DNA of 64,000 nt, from IMG/VR virus record IMGVR_UViG_3300032237_000561, positions 30,594 through 94,593 of that record; one strand, written 5' to 3'. Below the pieces are notes generated by a model that made no database searches, was not told where the DNA came from, and saw nothing but the letters and a program-made list of their open reading frames with translations. Position 1 is the stretch's first letter; the number at the start of each line of letters is the position of its first letter. Positions 9,173-18,675 of the stretch are shown here, in pieces. A program made the translations under genes and the position numbers. The DNA is from a virus. Lineage: Duplodnaviria; Caudoviricetes.

Positions 9173-12100
9173 TGGCATACGACACAGGATTCTCCCGACG
9201 CAGTAGCTCTGAGCGTGACCTCCAGCCGGTCGCGATCATCTCGGTGGACCCCATCAGCCGGACCGCCGTAGCGGTCACCCGGACCCGACACAACCTCACC
9301 ATCAACACCGCCTACGCGACCGGTGACACCATCACCGTCCCGGCCTCCGGCGAGCAGTGGTACATCGAAAGATTTGATGGCGAGTGGAGGCTCTACGGTC
9401 GTATCCCCTTCAACGATGAGACCCTCAACATCAAGCCTGAAGAGGGCCAGGTCTCAGTCGGGTCGGCACGCGGTCCCCTGGAACTGAACGGCCCCGAGGT
9501 GCGGTTCAACAGTAAGGTATTCCGGCTCAACGGAGTCTATTACCGGGACTCCGGTACGGCACTGGAGCGGTCTACCGATCAGGTCACCTGGGGGGCGGTC
9601 AGCGCGGCCACCGCGACCACCCTGGCTCAGGACCTCGCCGCCTCGCTGGCCGGATATCAGGGCACCGATGAGACCGGGGCATTATCGGCCCTCAAGGACT
9701 GGAGTGGTCTGGTACAGACCATCGTCGACAACTTTTCCGAGTTCTGGAATGTGTTGTGCCAGAACGTCTTTATCGGTGGACTCAAAGACTTGGGCTTCGG
9801 TGACACCGACCTGTCGAAGACCGTCAATGGCCTGCAGAACTTCTTGAACTACCTTTTCGGGGTAGTCTTCTGCGACTTCGACGGAAACCTAACACCACAG
9901 ACCGTCCTGGCCCGGCTGCGTGACCTGCTGTCCCCAATTATTTCTAACCCTTTCATCACCGGACTACAAGGGATCGCGACCGCCCTCGGTGTCAACGTCG
10001 GTAACCTGCTCAACGACGTAGTGGCGGGACTGACCGGACTGATCGAGCTGGTCTGGAATATCGTCACCTGCCAGTGGGACCAGCTCGACCTTACCGGTTT
10101 GCAGGCCATCATCGACATCTTCACCAACGGCACGGGCGACTTCGGCCCGGCGGCGATCATCAACTTCCTCAAGACAATCTTCCTTGATCCGATATTCAGC
10201 AATCTGGCTACGGGAACCCTCACCCCGATCATCGGCACCTTCCTCAACGGCCTCAAGCAGGTCGCCGATCTGATCACCGGGGCACTCACTGGGCAGCAGT
10301 TCGACTCGCTGCTGGAAGGTGTCGTCCAGGGCGTGCAGGATTTCGTCCAGCTCATCTATGACACGGTCACTGAAATCCTGGGCGGCAGCCCCCTGACCCG
10401 GCTGCCCGACATCGCCGCCATCATCGCCCTGATCACCGAGGGTGCCTCCGCGTTCTCCCCCGCCAACATCGTGCGCTCGGTGACCGACTTCTTCACCCTG
10501 TTCGGCTCCCCGACGTTCATCAACGACGGGGTCGACACGGGAATCCCCAACCCGGTGGGCATCTTCTTCACCGCGCTAGGGGACTTCTGGCAGGCGATCA
10601 TCGGCCTCATTCCCGGTGCCACCGACGGGGGCCTGTTCAAGAACGCGATCAACGCCGTCGCCGAGATGTTCAGCATCCTCCAGAGCCTGATCTTCGTTAA
10701 TCCTTTTGATGCAGAAAGCCTCGACGGCTTCAATGCGGCGGTGGCCAAGGTGGAGGCCGCGTTCGCCTCCACGCTCGCGGCGGCGGGGGTTCCGGCACAA
10801 ATCCTGAACGTACTAAAGACCATCCTGAACAGCCTCATCAACAACCCGCTCGTCAAGATCGCGCAAGAAATCTTCACCTATCTCGGAACTGGCCTCACCG
10901 GCACCAACCTGCTCGGCCAGATCGTGGACGGCAGCGAACAGGTCTTCAACCTCCTGATGAAGATCATAACCGATGTTCTGATCCCGCTTGACGATACGGC
11001 GTGGAACACGTTGCTGCCCTTCATCCCCGCCGCCGTCTGGGTCAACATTAGAGCGACCGCTCTCCCCGACTTCGGTGTGAACTTCCTCGGCGGACTCGGC
11101 CCGCTGCTGAAAGTCATTTTTGAGGCACTGGAGACCTTCCTCGGCCTGGACCCCGACAATATCTCCAACTTCTTCAAGAACATTCTGGTCTTCTTCGGCG
11201 ACACAGTGTCTCATTTCTTCACCCTTCTGTTCACCGACCAAACAGAAGCAATCAAGTATTTCCTCGTTGACGTGCTGGGAATCGCGGAGGACATCGGCGG
11301 CGGGGTACTTAACTTCGTCAGCAGCTTCATCGGCAACGCGGGCGATGTCCTCACCGACCTGCTGACCAAGCTGCTCTCGGTGTTCGGCATCGACTTCGAC
11401 CCGAGAGACGAGAACGGCGACCCGGTCGAGTTCAACGCCGCCACGGCCCTGACCGCCTTCGTCAACAAGTTCCTGACGACCGGGTTGGGCGGCGTGATCG
11501 GCACGACCGTCACCGAGTTGACGCGGTTCTTCACCCGACTCAAAAACTTATTCGGTCTTGCGGACTTCTTCACCTCGGGCACGTTCGACTTCGCCGCCGC
11601 CGCAACGGGTTTCATCAACAACGTGCTGTACTACGCCCCCACCGCCGCAGTCAGCACCTTGCAGGGGATCATCGAGACCGCCACCAGCCTGGTCTACAAG
11701 CTCGCGCAGGCCGTCATCACCGCGATCCGGGGAATCCCGTTCGTCGGCACCGGGATCGCCGACTTCCTGCAAACGCAGCTCAACAACTTCGTCAATTTCA
11801 GCCGGTTCGGGGTCAGGTCGGGGACCAACCTCATCTCCGACCCCGGCGGCGAGATCGCCACGTTCTGGACCGCAGTCGATTCCAGCAACGTGCGGATACA
11901 ACCCAACGTCGAGCAGAACACCAACACCGCCTACCGGCGTTCCGGCTCGACCAGCCTGACGATCACCTCCGACGGCGCGTCCCCCCGGTGGTTCTTCTGG
12001 AACGTCAACGACCTCGGTGTGATCACCCCCATCACCACCGAACCGGGGGAGGTGTTCTCGGCCTCGTGCTGGGTCCTGTACCCGGTCACCGTGTCCGGTG

Positions 12101-14172
12101 TCGCCAACCCCGGCGCGTCGGGCACCGTCACCGTGTTCGCCCAGTTCTACAGCAGCACCGGTGCCGTGGCGTTGCAGACCTACTACGCCGACAAGGCGGT
12201 GACCCAGAACAACACCACCTGGGTCCAGGTGTCGGGCGGGTTCACGGTCCCCGCCGGGTACGACCGGGTCTCGTTCGGCTTCATGTTGAGGAACAACTAC
12301 ACCACCTCGGGTGCCAAGTTCTACGTCGATGACATGCTGGTCCGCGAGACCACCGCCGTCCAGAACGTCACTGATGCCACTGTCCAGGCCGTCGTCGGCG
12401 GCACCGGGACCGGCTACACCCCCGCCGACGTTACGACTGCGCTCGGCGGTGTCAACAACATGGCGCAGGGGTACACCCAGTCGGGCACCAACCTCCTGGC
12501 CGACCCGAAGATCGACTACCCGGCGTTCTGGGTCGGGTCGGCGACCGGGCTGACGACCAGCACCACCTACTACAACTCGTCGGCGCGGAGCCTGGAGCTG
12601 ACCGCGAACGGCAGCAGCATCAGCTTCGACTGGACGGTCAACAACAACCACGCCGTCGCCCCGGTGTCCGCCTACGCCGGACGAATCTTCTACGTCGAGT
12701 GCACCACGTTCACCCCGACCTCCCAGACGGCGACGGTCGCCCTGCGCGCCCGTGGCTACAGCTTCAAGACCAGGGCCTACGGATCGGCCCTCACCGCGAA
12801 GACGTTCACCGCAGCCGGGACGTGGTCGGCGGTGTCGACCCCCAACCCCTACACCGCTGGCACCACCGCCAACAACGGGTTGTGGACGAACAAACTGTAC
12901 GGCTACTTCACGGTGCCGGTCGGGTACGACGGCTTCACCGCCGGGATCACGGTGACCTCCGCCTCGACCACGGCCAAGTTCTACTTTGACGACCTGGCCA
13001 TCTACGACGTGACCGAGTCGGTCAACACCAACGAAAGGCTGTACAATCGTCCGACCCCCGCTACGGCGATCATCACCGATGCGATCCCGACAGGCATCCC
13101 GGCGGCGAACGTCGCGGGCCTCACCGGAGTGGGAAGCATTTCCGCAACAGTCGACGGCCTCAACACCACGGTCAACACGGCAGGAACTGGCCTAGTCGCC
13201 AAAACGAGTGCCCTCGACAGCACGGTCAACACGGCAGGAACTGGCCTAGTCGCCAAAACGAGTGCCCTCGACAGCACGGTCAACACGGCGGGAACCGGGC
13301 TTAAAGCGGTCAGTGACGGCACCAACACGGCACTGTGGGGAACCACCACCAACGGCACCACGTTCCTCGCCTCCAAGCTGTCGACGTTGATCAGCAGCCT
13401 GTCTACCATCAAGGCCGACGGCACCGATCCCATGTCGACCCTGCTGAACAACATAACCACGTCCCTGAGCAAGAACACCTACACCACGTCAACCGTCGCC
13501 GGTGTCAAGCTCGCCACCGACAAGGCAAGGACGGACGCGGACACCTCCGCTCTCAGGATCAACGCCACCAACACCCTGCTGTACGGGGCCGACGCTGGCG
13601 GCAACGGCGGCAAGATTCTGCTCACCGCCCTGCCCGACTCGTTGAGCACCGTGGGGTCGGGCGCGATCATCGCGAGGCAGAATCCTGGCTCCAACTACCC
13701 GATCAACGCCACTGGTCAGACCACCCTGGCCTCGTTCTTCAACCAGCCGATCAGGGTGACCCCCGACATTACGATGCCGACAGGCTCCTATGGCGGGTAC
13801 AACTGGTACACGGCGGAGTTCATCGTGAGCAAGGCCGGGTGGTACGGCTGCGAGATTGGTTTGAGGCTGGCAAACCCCTACGCGGGCGGCAACTACAACT
13901 TCACGCCAATCATCTACAAGAAACCGAGCGGGGGCGTGTCCGCCGTCCACAGGTACGGAACCGAAATCATCGGATTGCAGACGGCGACAGGCACCAGGAA
14001 GGCCCGGTTCGCCAACTCAAGCTGGATACTGTACCTCGCTGCTGGTGATTCGGTGCAGGCGGGATACGATGCAGGTCTGATCGACGGCGACGGGACTCAG
14101 CGTCTCAACTTCTTCACCCAGGACAACACCGGCAACGACAGCTACTTCGCCATCTCCCTGCTCAACCTGTAA
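9172..14172 (+). CDS. Large minor tail protein (spike-like N-terminus, long amphipathic helical region, two CBM-like domains)
   Basis: 1666 aa; follows the hub; two beta domains start with NLISDP and NLLADP and end with FYVDD and FYFDD. Confidence 0.75.
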   Translation: MAYDTGFSRRSSSERDLQPVAIISVDPISRTAVAVTRTRHNLTINTAYATGDTITVPASGEQWYIERFDGEWRLYGRIPFNDETLNIKPEEGQVSVGSARGPLELNGPEVRFNSKVFRLNGVYYRDSGTALERSTDQVTWGAVSAATATTLAQDLAASLAGYQGTDETGALSALKDWSGLVQTIVDNFSEFWNVLCQNVFIGGLKDLGFGDTDLSKTVNGLQNFLNYLFGVVFCDFDGNLTPQTVLARLRDLLSPIISNPFITGLQGIATALGVNVGNLLNDVVAGLTGLIELVWNIVTCQWDQLDLTGLQAIIDIFTNGTGDFGPAAIINFLKTIFLDPIFSNLATGTLTPIIGTFLNGLKQVADLITGALTGQQFDSLLEGVVQGVQDFVQLIYDTVTEILGGSPLTRLPDIAAIIALITEGASAFSPANIVRSVTDFFTLFGSPTFINDGVDTGIPNPVGIFFTALGDFWQAIIGLIPGATDGGLFKNAINAVAEMFSILQSLIFVNPFDAESLDGFNAAVAKVEAAFASTLAAAGVPAQILNVLKTILNSLINNPLVKIAQEIFTYLGTGLTGTNLLGQIVDGSEQVFNLLMKIITDVLIPLDDTAWNTLLPFIPAAVWVNIRATALPDFGVNFLGGLGPLLKVIFEALETFLGLDPDNISNFFKNILVFFGDTVSHFFTLLFTDQTEAIKYFLVDVLGIAEDIGGGVLNFVSSFIGNAGDVLTDLLTKLLSVFGIDFDPRDENGDPVEFNAATALTAFVNKFLTTGLGGVIGTTVTELTRFFTRLKNLFGLADFFTSGTFDFAAAATGFINNVLYYAPTAAVSTLQGIIETATSLVYKLAQAVITAIRGIPFVGTGIADFLQTQLNNFVNFSRFGVRSGTNLISDPGGEIATFWTAVDSSNVRIQPNVEQNTNTAYRRSGSTSLTITSDGASPRWFFWNVNDLGVITPITTEPGEVFSASCWVLYPVTVSGVANPGASGTVTVFAQFYSSTGAVALQTYYADKAVTQNNTTWVQVSGGFTVPAGYDRVSFGFMLRNNYTTSGAKFYVDDMLVRETTAVQNVTDATVQAVVGGTGTGYTPADVTTALGGVNNMAQGYTQSGTNLLADPKIDYPAFWVGSATGLTTSTTYYNSSARSLELTANGSSISFDWTVNNNHAVAPVSAYAGRIFYVECTTFTPTSQTATVALRARGYSFKTRAYGSALTAKTFTAAGTWSAVSTPNPYTAGTTANNGLWTNKLYGYFTVPVGYDGFTAGITVTSASTTAKFYFDDLAIYDVTESVNTNERLYNRPTPATAIITDAIPTGIPAANVAGLTGVGSISATVDGLNTTVNTAGTGLVAKTSALDSTVNTAGTGLVAKTSALDSTVNTAGTGLKAVSDGTNTALWGTTTNGTTFLASKLSTLISSLSTIKADGTDPMSTLLNNITTSLSKNTYTTSTVAGVKLATDKARTDADTSALRINATNTLLYGADAGGNGGKILLTALPDSLSTVGSGAIIARQNPGSNYPINATGQTTLASFFNQPIRVTPDITMPTGSYGGYNWYTAEFIVSKAGWYGCEIGLRLANPYAGGNYNFTPIIYKKPSGGVSAVHRYGTEIIGLQTATGTRKARFANSSWILYLAAGDSVQAGYDAGLIDGDGTQRLNFFTQDNTGNDSYFAISLLNL
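13167..13289 (+). repeat. 54-bp tandem repeat, about 2.3 copies (TVNTAGTGLVAKTSALDS)
   Basis: Identical units start at 13167, 13221 and 13275 (the last is partial). Confidence 0.95.
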
Positions 14173-14204
14173 CCCGAAAACCCCGACCCGGAAAGGGAAC
14201 ACCA

Positions 14205-14438
14205 ATGGAATACACGATAGGTCACGTCAAGCGCAACACCACCACCGGTGAGGTCGCCGTCCGCACCCTGTTCCCCCTCGGCGAGAACATCCAGCAGCAG
14301 ATGATGGAGTGGCTCTGCGCCGCCCCTAGCAGCGGCCCCCGCAGCACCTGGACGACCGAGGTCGAGGGGAGCGACTGGGAAGACCTGTACGTCCCGCCGC
14401 CCGCTGAACCCACCCCCGCCCCCGAACCCACCCCCTAG
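14205..14438 (+). CDS. Small hypothetical protein (possible fibre chaperone)
   Basis: GAAAGGGA RBS; follows the fibre gene. Confidence 0.7.
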   Translation: MEYTIGHVKRNTTTGEVAVRTLFPLGENIQQQMMEWLCAAPSSGPRSTWTTEVEGSDWEDLYVPPPAEPTPAPEPTP

Positions 14439-14456
14439 CAGAAAGACACATCCATC

Positions 14457-14684
14457 ATGACGAAACATATCCGCATCGAGGTCAATGGCGCAGAGCTGGT
14501 CAACGGCGAGTTCTCCGAGATCAGCTTCACCGACGGCTCCAACGGGGTCAAGTTCGAGGCCAAGAATGGGCGCATCTCCGGCAACAGTGATGGTAATGGC
14601 CTACTCGACCTGCTCACCAAGGCCAGCAAGGCCCGGACCGCCGATCCGGTCGTTGAGGTGGTCGGCGAGGCCATCGAAGCCTAG
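14457..14684 (+). CDS. Hypothetical protein
   Basis: AGAAAG RBS; typical codon usage. Confidence 0.7.
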   Translation: MTKHIRIEVNGAELVNGEFSEISFTDGSNGVKFEAKNGRISGNSDGNGLLDLLTKASKARTADPVVEVVGEAIEA

Positions 14685-14737
14685 CCCGACCCTGTGGTGG
14701 CCCTCCACAGCGACCATAACTACTGAGGAGGGCCGCG

Positions 14738-15187
14738 ATGAGCTACAGCCTGGCCATTGTCGATGGCGACCTGGCCCAGAGGGGTTCGCGGCTGGATGCC
14801 GTCTACGGTGTGGACAAGCTCAAGCAGGACATGTACTGCTGGCTCACCGAGAGGTACGGCGGGGACCGTTTCCATGTCAACATGGGGTCCATCCTTGAGG
14901 AATTCATTGGCGGCATCGCCAAGGAGTCCACCCGCGTCGAGGTGCAGTCCGAAATCTTCCGGGTCCTCCAGAACTACCAGGCCATGCAGCTACGCCGATT
15001 CAAGGAAAACCCCGAGAAGATGTCGTCCAGCGAGCTGCTTCTCTCGGTCGAGGACATCGTCGCCAAGATGAACTACGACACCATCTGGGTGACGGTCAAG
15101 GTTCGCAACGGCTCCAAAGAGTTCACCACCATCAAGATCACCAGCGGCCAGGGTGCCGGACAGATGATCAACCCGCCGAACCGATAA
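14738..15187 (+). CDS. Baseplate wedge protein, gp25/W-like
   Basis: GAGGAGG RBS; YGGDRFHVNMGS motif; immediately upstream of the J-like gene. Confidence 0.75.
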   Translation: MSYSLAIVDGDLAQRGSRLDAVYGVDKLKQDMYCWLTERYGGDRFHVNMGSILEEFIGGIAKESTRVEVQSEIFRVLQNYQAMQLRRFKENPEKMSSSELLLSVEDIVAKMNYDTIWVTVKVRNGSKEFTTIKITSGQGAGQMINPPNR

Positions 15188-15205
15188 GTCCCGATAGGAG
15201 CCAAA

Positions 15206-17071
15206 GTGGCGAAGACTCCCGACGTTGTCGCTAAAGAAATCATCAACAAGCTGCAGGTCACCGCACCGGGCTTCTCGCTGGAACTGGGCACCCCCGAGCG
15301 CAAGATCGTCGATGCGGTCGCTGAGTCGATCTCGGAAGCCTATATCGACCAGTACCTCGTCGGCTCGCTCCTCGACATCGAGAGCAAGGCCGGACTGGAG
15401 CTGGAGCAGTTCTGCGGCATTTTCGGATTCGGTCGGCTCCAGGGAAAGAAGGCCACCGGGACCGTCCGGGTCGAGCTGAACACCGCCAATAGCCAGGACA
15501 TCAACATCGCTCTGGGCAGCCAGTTCTACACCCGGCAGTCTTTGCCGGGAGCGGGCAGCCCGATGTTCTTCTCGTCCACACAGGCGGTGATCATCCCGGC
15601 GGGTAGCTACCTCGTGGACGTGCCGGTCCAGTGCACCGTCCCCGGCACCACCGGCAACGTACCCCCCGACACCATCGTCTATGTCGGGGACATCCTCGGC
15701 TCCACCTCGGTGACCAACCTTCAGGCCCTGACCGGCGGCGTGGACACCGAGTCCGATGGCGAACTGCGTCAGAGGTTTAAGGACACCTTCCTGCGGTCGG
15801 TGGTGGGGACCGAGGACTGGTATCTGGGTCTGTGCTACCAGAACACAAACATCTCCAAAGCGGCCTGCTTCGGTCCGGTCAAGAAATACGCCACCCAGCT
15901 CGTCATCCCCGCTGATACCGGCAGCAACCCCACCCCGGTTTACATGGACCCCCTGATTGCCCAGGACATCAAGTACGCCTGGGACGGCAACCAGCATGTC
16001 ACCGTGTACAAGAATCTCGGTCAAGATAATGAGGTCTTCTACCGTCGCGGTGTGGACTACCTGTGGGTAGCCGGACCCACCCCGCGCCTGGCTCGAATCG
16101 TGAACGGCTCACTTGATGTCGGCGACCTGATCGACTTGGAGTTTGAGTACGCCACCCGGTCGAGCCGTAACGACCCCGCGAATGGGATCACCAACAAGGT
16201 CGATATTTTCGTCAACGGTTCGGTCCCCTACACCGTCACCGAGCGGACCAAAATATCCTCGACCACCCTGTCCGCCACCGCCACCGACCGCCTGTATCGG
16301 GGCAACTTCGTTCGGGTCGGTACCGATGGCCTGCCCGGTCAGAACTCCACCTTGACCGGATTTGAAAGCCACCGCTTCACCCGGCTCGGCTCGACCCCGG
16401 TGATCTCGTTCCCGTCGATCATCACCATCACCAGTATCGTCAACAGCACCCCTATCTCCGAGAATTATGTTCAAGGAATTGACTTTCACCTGATCCGATC
16501 CGCGCCGGAGAACAACGCCAACCCCACCACACTCCTGGCCGGTTCACCGTATGAGATCGCCGGAATCGAGTGGATGCCCGAAGGGCCAAGTATCGGCACC
16601 GCCGTCACTTTGAGCTACATCTACAACCGGACCCCGGAAATGCTGCAGGCGGTCATCAAGACCAGCAAGCAGATCACCACCGACGTTCTGGTCCATCAGG
16701 CGGGATACCAGTACCTCACAATCTGCCTTTCGGTGGAATACGACCGGGGATTCGGGGTGCAGCAGGTCAATAACGCAATACAGGACCGGCTGCGGTCCTA
16801 TTTCTCCGGTCTGGGATTCGGTGCCTGGATCGAAATGAGCGACCTAACCCTCGCCGTGCATCAGGTGCTGGGAGTGGACAACGTCAAGATCACTAAATCA
16901 ACCGACCCCGGAGTGGCCGAAACCAATAGCGAGAACTACGGGGTCAAGGTGTTCGGCGACAGCGCGGATGTTGTTGCGGCACAACACTATGACAACGAGG
17001 ACTTCAAGCTGCGCGACAACCAGCTTCCTGTTTTCCTCGAAGCCATTATCCGCCGGATGGCGAACCGGTGA
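15206..17071 (+). CDS. Baseplate J-like protein
   Basis: ATGTVRV, VQCTVPGTTGNV and VTNLQALTGGVDTESDGELRQR are hallmark Baseplate_J motifs. Confidence 0.9.
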   Translation: MAKTPDVVAKEIINKLQVTAPGFSLELGTPERKIVDAVAESISEAYIDQYLVGSLLDIESKAGLELEQFCGIFGFGRLQGKKATGTVRVELNTANSQDINIALGSQFYTRQSLPGAGSPMFFSSTQAVIIPAGSYLVDVPVQCTVPGTTGNVPPDTIVYVGDILGSTSVTNLQALTGGVDTESDGELRQRFKDTFLRSVVGTEDWYLGLCYQNTNISKAACFGPVKKYATQLVIPADTGSNPTPVYMDPLIAQDIKYAWDGNQHVTVYKNLGQDNEVFYRRGVDYLWVAGPTPRLARIVNGSLDVGDLIDLEFEYATRSSRNDPANGITNKVDIFVNGSVPYTVTERTKISSTTLSATATDRLYRGNFVRVGTDGLPGQNSTLTGFESHRFTRLGSTPVISFPSIITITSIVNSTPISENYVQGIDFHLIRSAPENNANPTTLLAGSPYEIAGIEWMPEGPSIGTAVTLSYIYNRTPEMLQAVIKTSKQITTDVLVHQAGYQYLTICLSVEYDRGFGVQQVNNAIQDRLRSYFSGLGFGAWIEMSDLTLAVHQVLGVDNVKITKSTDPGVAETNSENYGVKVFGDSADVVAAQHYDNEDFKLRDNQLPVFLEAIIRRMANR

Positions 17072-17083
17072 TCGGGGCGCAGT

Positions 17084-17206
17084 GTGGGCAGGCATCCGTT
17101 CAAACCCGACCCACACCATGCGGCGTATATCGGACTGATCCTGTCCTTGATCTCTTTCGGGGTATCGGTGGCCGCTCTGGGCGCAGCCGTATCTCTGGGC
17201 CGGTGA
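17084..17206 (+). CDS. 40-aa single-TM peptide (not in the ORF track)
   Basis: Translates as MGRHPFKPDPHHAAYIGLILSLISFGVSVAALGAAVSLGR and fills the gap exactly. Confidence 0.5.
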   Translation: MGRHPFKPDPHHAAYIGLILSLISFGVSVAALGAAVSLGR

Positions 17207-17210
17207 TCTG

Positions 17211-18671
17211 ATGGCATCCCAGACCCCGTTCCCCTTGATGCCGCCGAAATCCACCGAGCTTCGGCTTGATCACTTTGATGAAAGGGTGTACCGGACCGAC
17301 CAGGAAACCCTGCTGTTCAAATTCGTCGATGCGATGTGCGGAGACGCGGGTGCGGGGACCCTCAAGAAGCAGATTTTCCTGCAACGGATATCCGGCGCGT
17401 TGGACAACATCTACGGCTCAGATTTGGACTACATCTTCGGCAATATCCGTTTCCTGAGCCGGGCCGAATCCGAGTCGTACACCCACAACACGATGAGTTC
17501 CATGCTGGTCTCCGAACAGTGGGATGAGGTGTCCGCCAAGGACGCTCAGTACCGCAGCCGTATCCGCGAGTTCTTTACCGCTTGCGGACACGGCAACACC
17601 GCCGAAGGAATCCGTCAGGTGGTGCACGCCGCGACCAGCGCGGACTGTCAGGTCATCGAAAGCTGGAGGTACATCGACAACTTCGGCATCACTGAGTCCC
17701 TCGGGCGCGCTGACGGCCTGTCATATGCCGCCGTAGACCTTTCCACCGGGCACCGGGTCCTGTTCGACACCGAAAGTGCCGCAACGGATTTCATCACCGG
17801 AAAGAGCGACTGGCAAATTCAGGAGAACAAGGCCCGTTCCGAGGTCACCGTCGTCCCGCACAAAGAAGGGGGACTGACCGAAAAAGAAAACCGACTCCTG
17901 CTGCAGATGCTCAACCGGATGCGTAATGTCGACACCGTCGTCACCATTGACCCGGACGGATTGAGTGTGCATTCCCCGGTCGGTATTCGCGCGGTCAGCT
18001 CCGACTCCACCTACTACCAGGTGGAGAAAGTCGTCACCGGTACCCCGGTCCTTGATCAGATGCCTGCACCGGAAATGTTGGCCATCGACCTGGACCCGAC
18101 CGAGAGCTGGCTCAAGGCCAACTCGCCAGAGCTGGCCCCCTACGCCCAGTTCAACATCAGTCAGGAATACGGATATACCTACCTGATCTCCGGCGGCAAG
18201 CGGTCACCCATCGACCAGGTCAGCTATGGGACCCTTCAGAAGGACGGTAGCGTCAAGAACGAAGCGGCCTTTGAGTGGTACGAGCAGACCGAGCAGTACG
18301 GGGCGTGGACGGCCTACGAGAAGGCCGACAGCCCCGACAACTACCCCGGTGGTCGTAACGGTCTGACACCTACCGCCGCACCGGCCCTGAACGCCGACCG
18401 TTCGGCTTACCGATTCGCTTACTCCAGCCAGGCCCAGTATGTGGCGCAGAAGCAGATCGAGATCAATAACCTTGGTGGGCAAGCCAACGATGTTCGTTAC
18501 CGGATGCCCGCCCAGAAGACCAACACCTCGAAGCGGTCTTACACCCCGGACCTCGCCATCGCCTACACGGCCCCGGTCCGGGAGTCCACCGTGACCAGTA
18601 GTTGGACGGCACAAAAGCCACGCACATTCCTTGCGGAGCTTCGCGACCCGTCGCCATTTGTGAAGGGATAG
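17211..18671 (+). CDS. Baseplate wedge/tail protein (I-like position)
   Basis: Follows J; LDYIFG...YRSRI pattern. Confidence 0.65.
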   Translation: MASQTPFPLMPPKSTELRLDHFDERVYRTDQETLLFKFVDAMCGDAGAGTLKKQIFLQRISGALDNIYGSDLDYIFGNIRFLSRAESESYTHNTMSSMLVSEQWDEVSAKDAQYRSRIREFFTACGHGNTAEGIRQVVHAATSADCQVIESWRYIDNFGITESLGRADGLSYAAVDLSTGHRVLFDTESAATDFITGKSDWQIQENKARSEVTVVPHKEGGLTEKENRLLLQMLNRMRNVDTVVTIDPDGLSVHSPVGIRAVSSDSTYYQVEKVVTGTPVLDQMPAPEMLAIDLDPTESWLKANSPELAPYAQFNISQEYGYTYLISGGKRSPIDQVSYGTLQKDGSVKNEAAFEWYEQTEQYGAWTAYEKADSPDNYPGGRNGLTPTAAPALNADRSAYRFAYSSQAQYVAQKQIEINNLGGQANDVRYRMPAQKTNTSKRSYTPDLAIAYTAPVRESTVTSSWTAQKPRTFLAELRDPSPFVKG

Positions 18672-18675
18672 CCCA

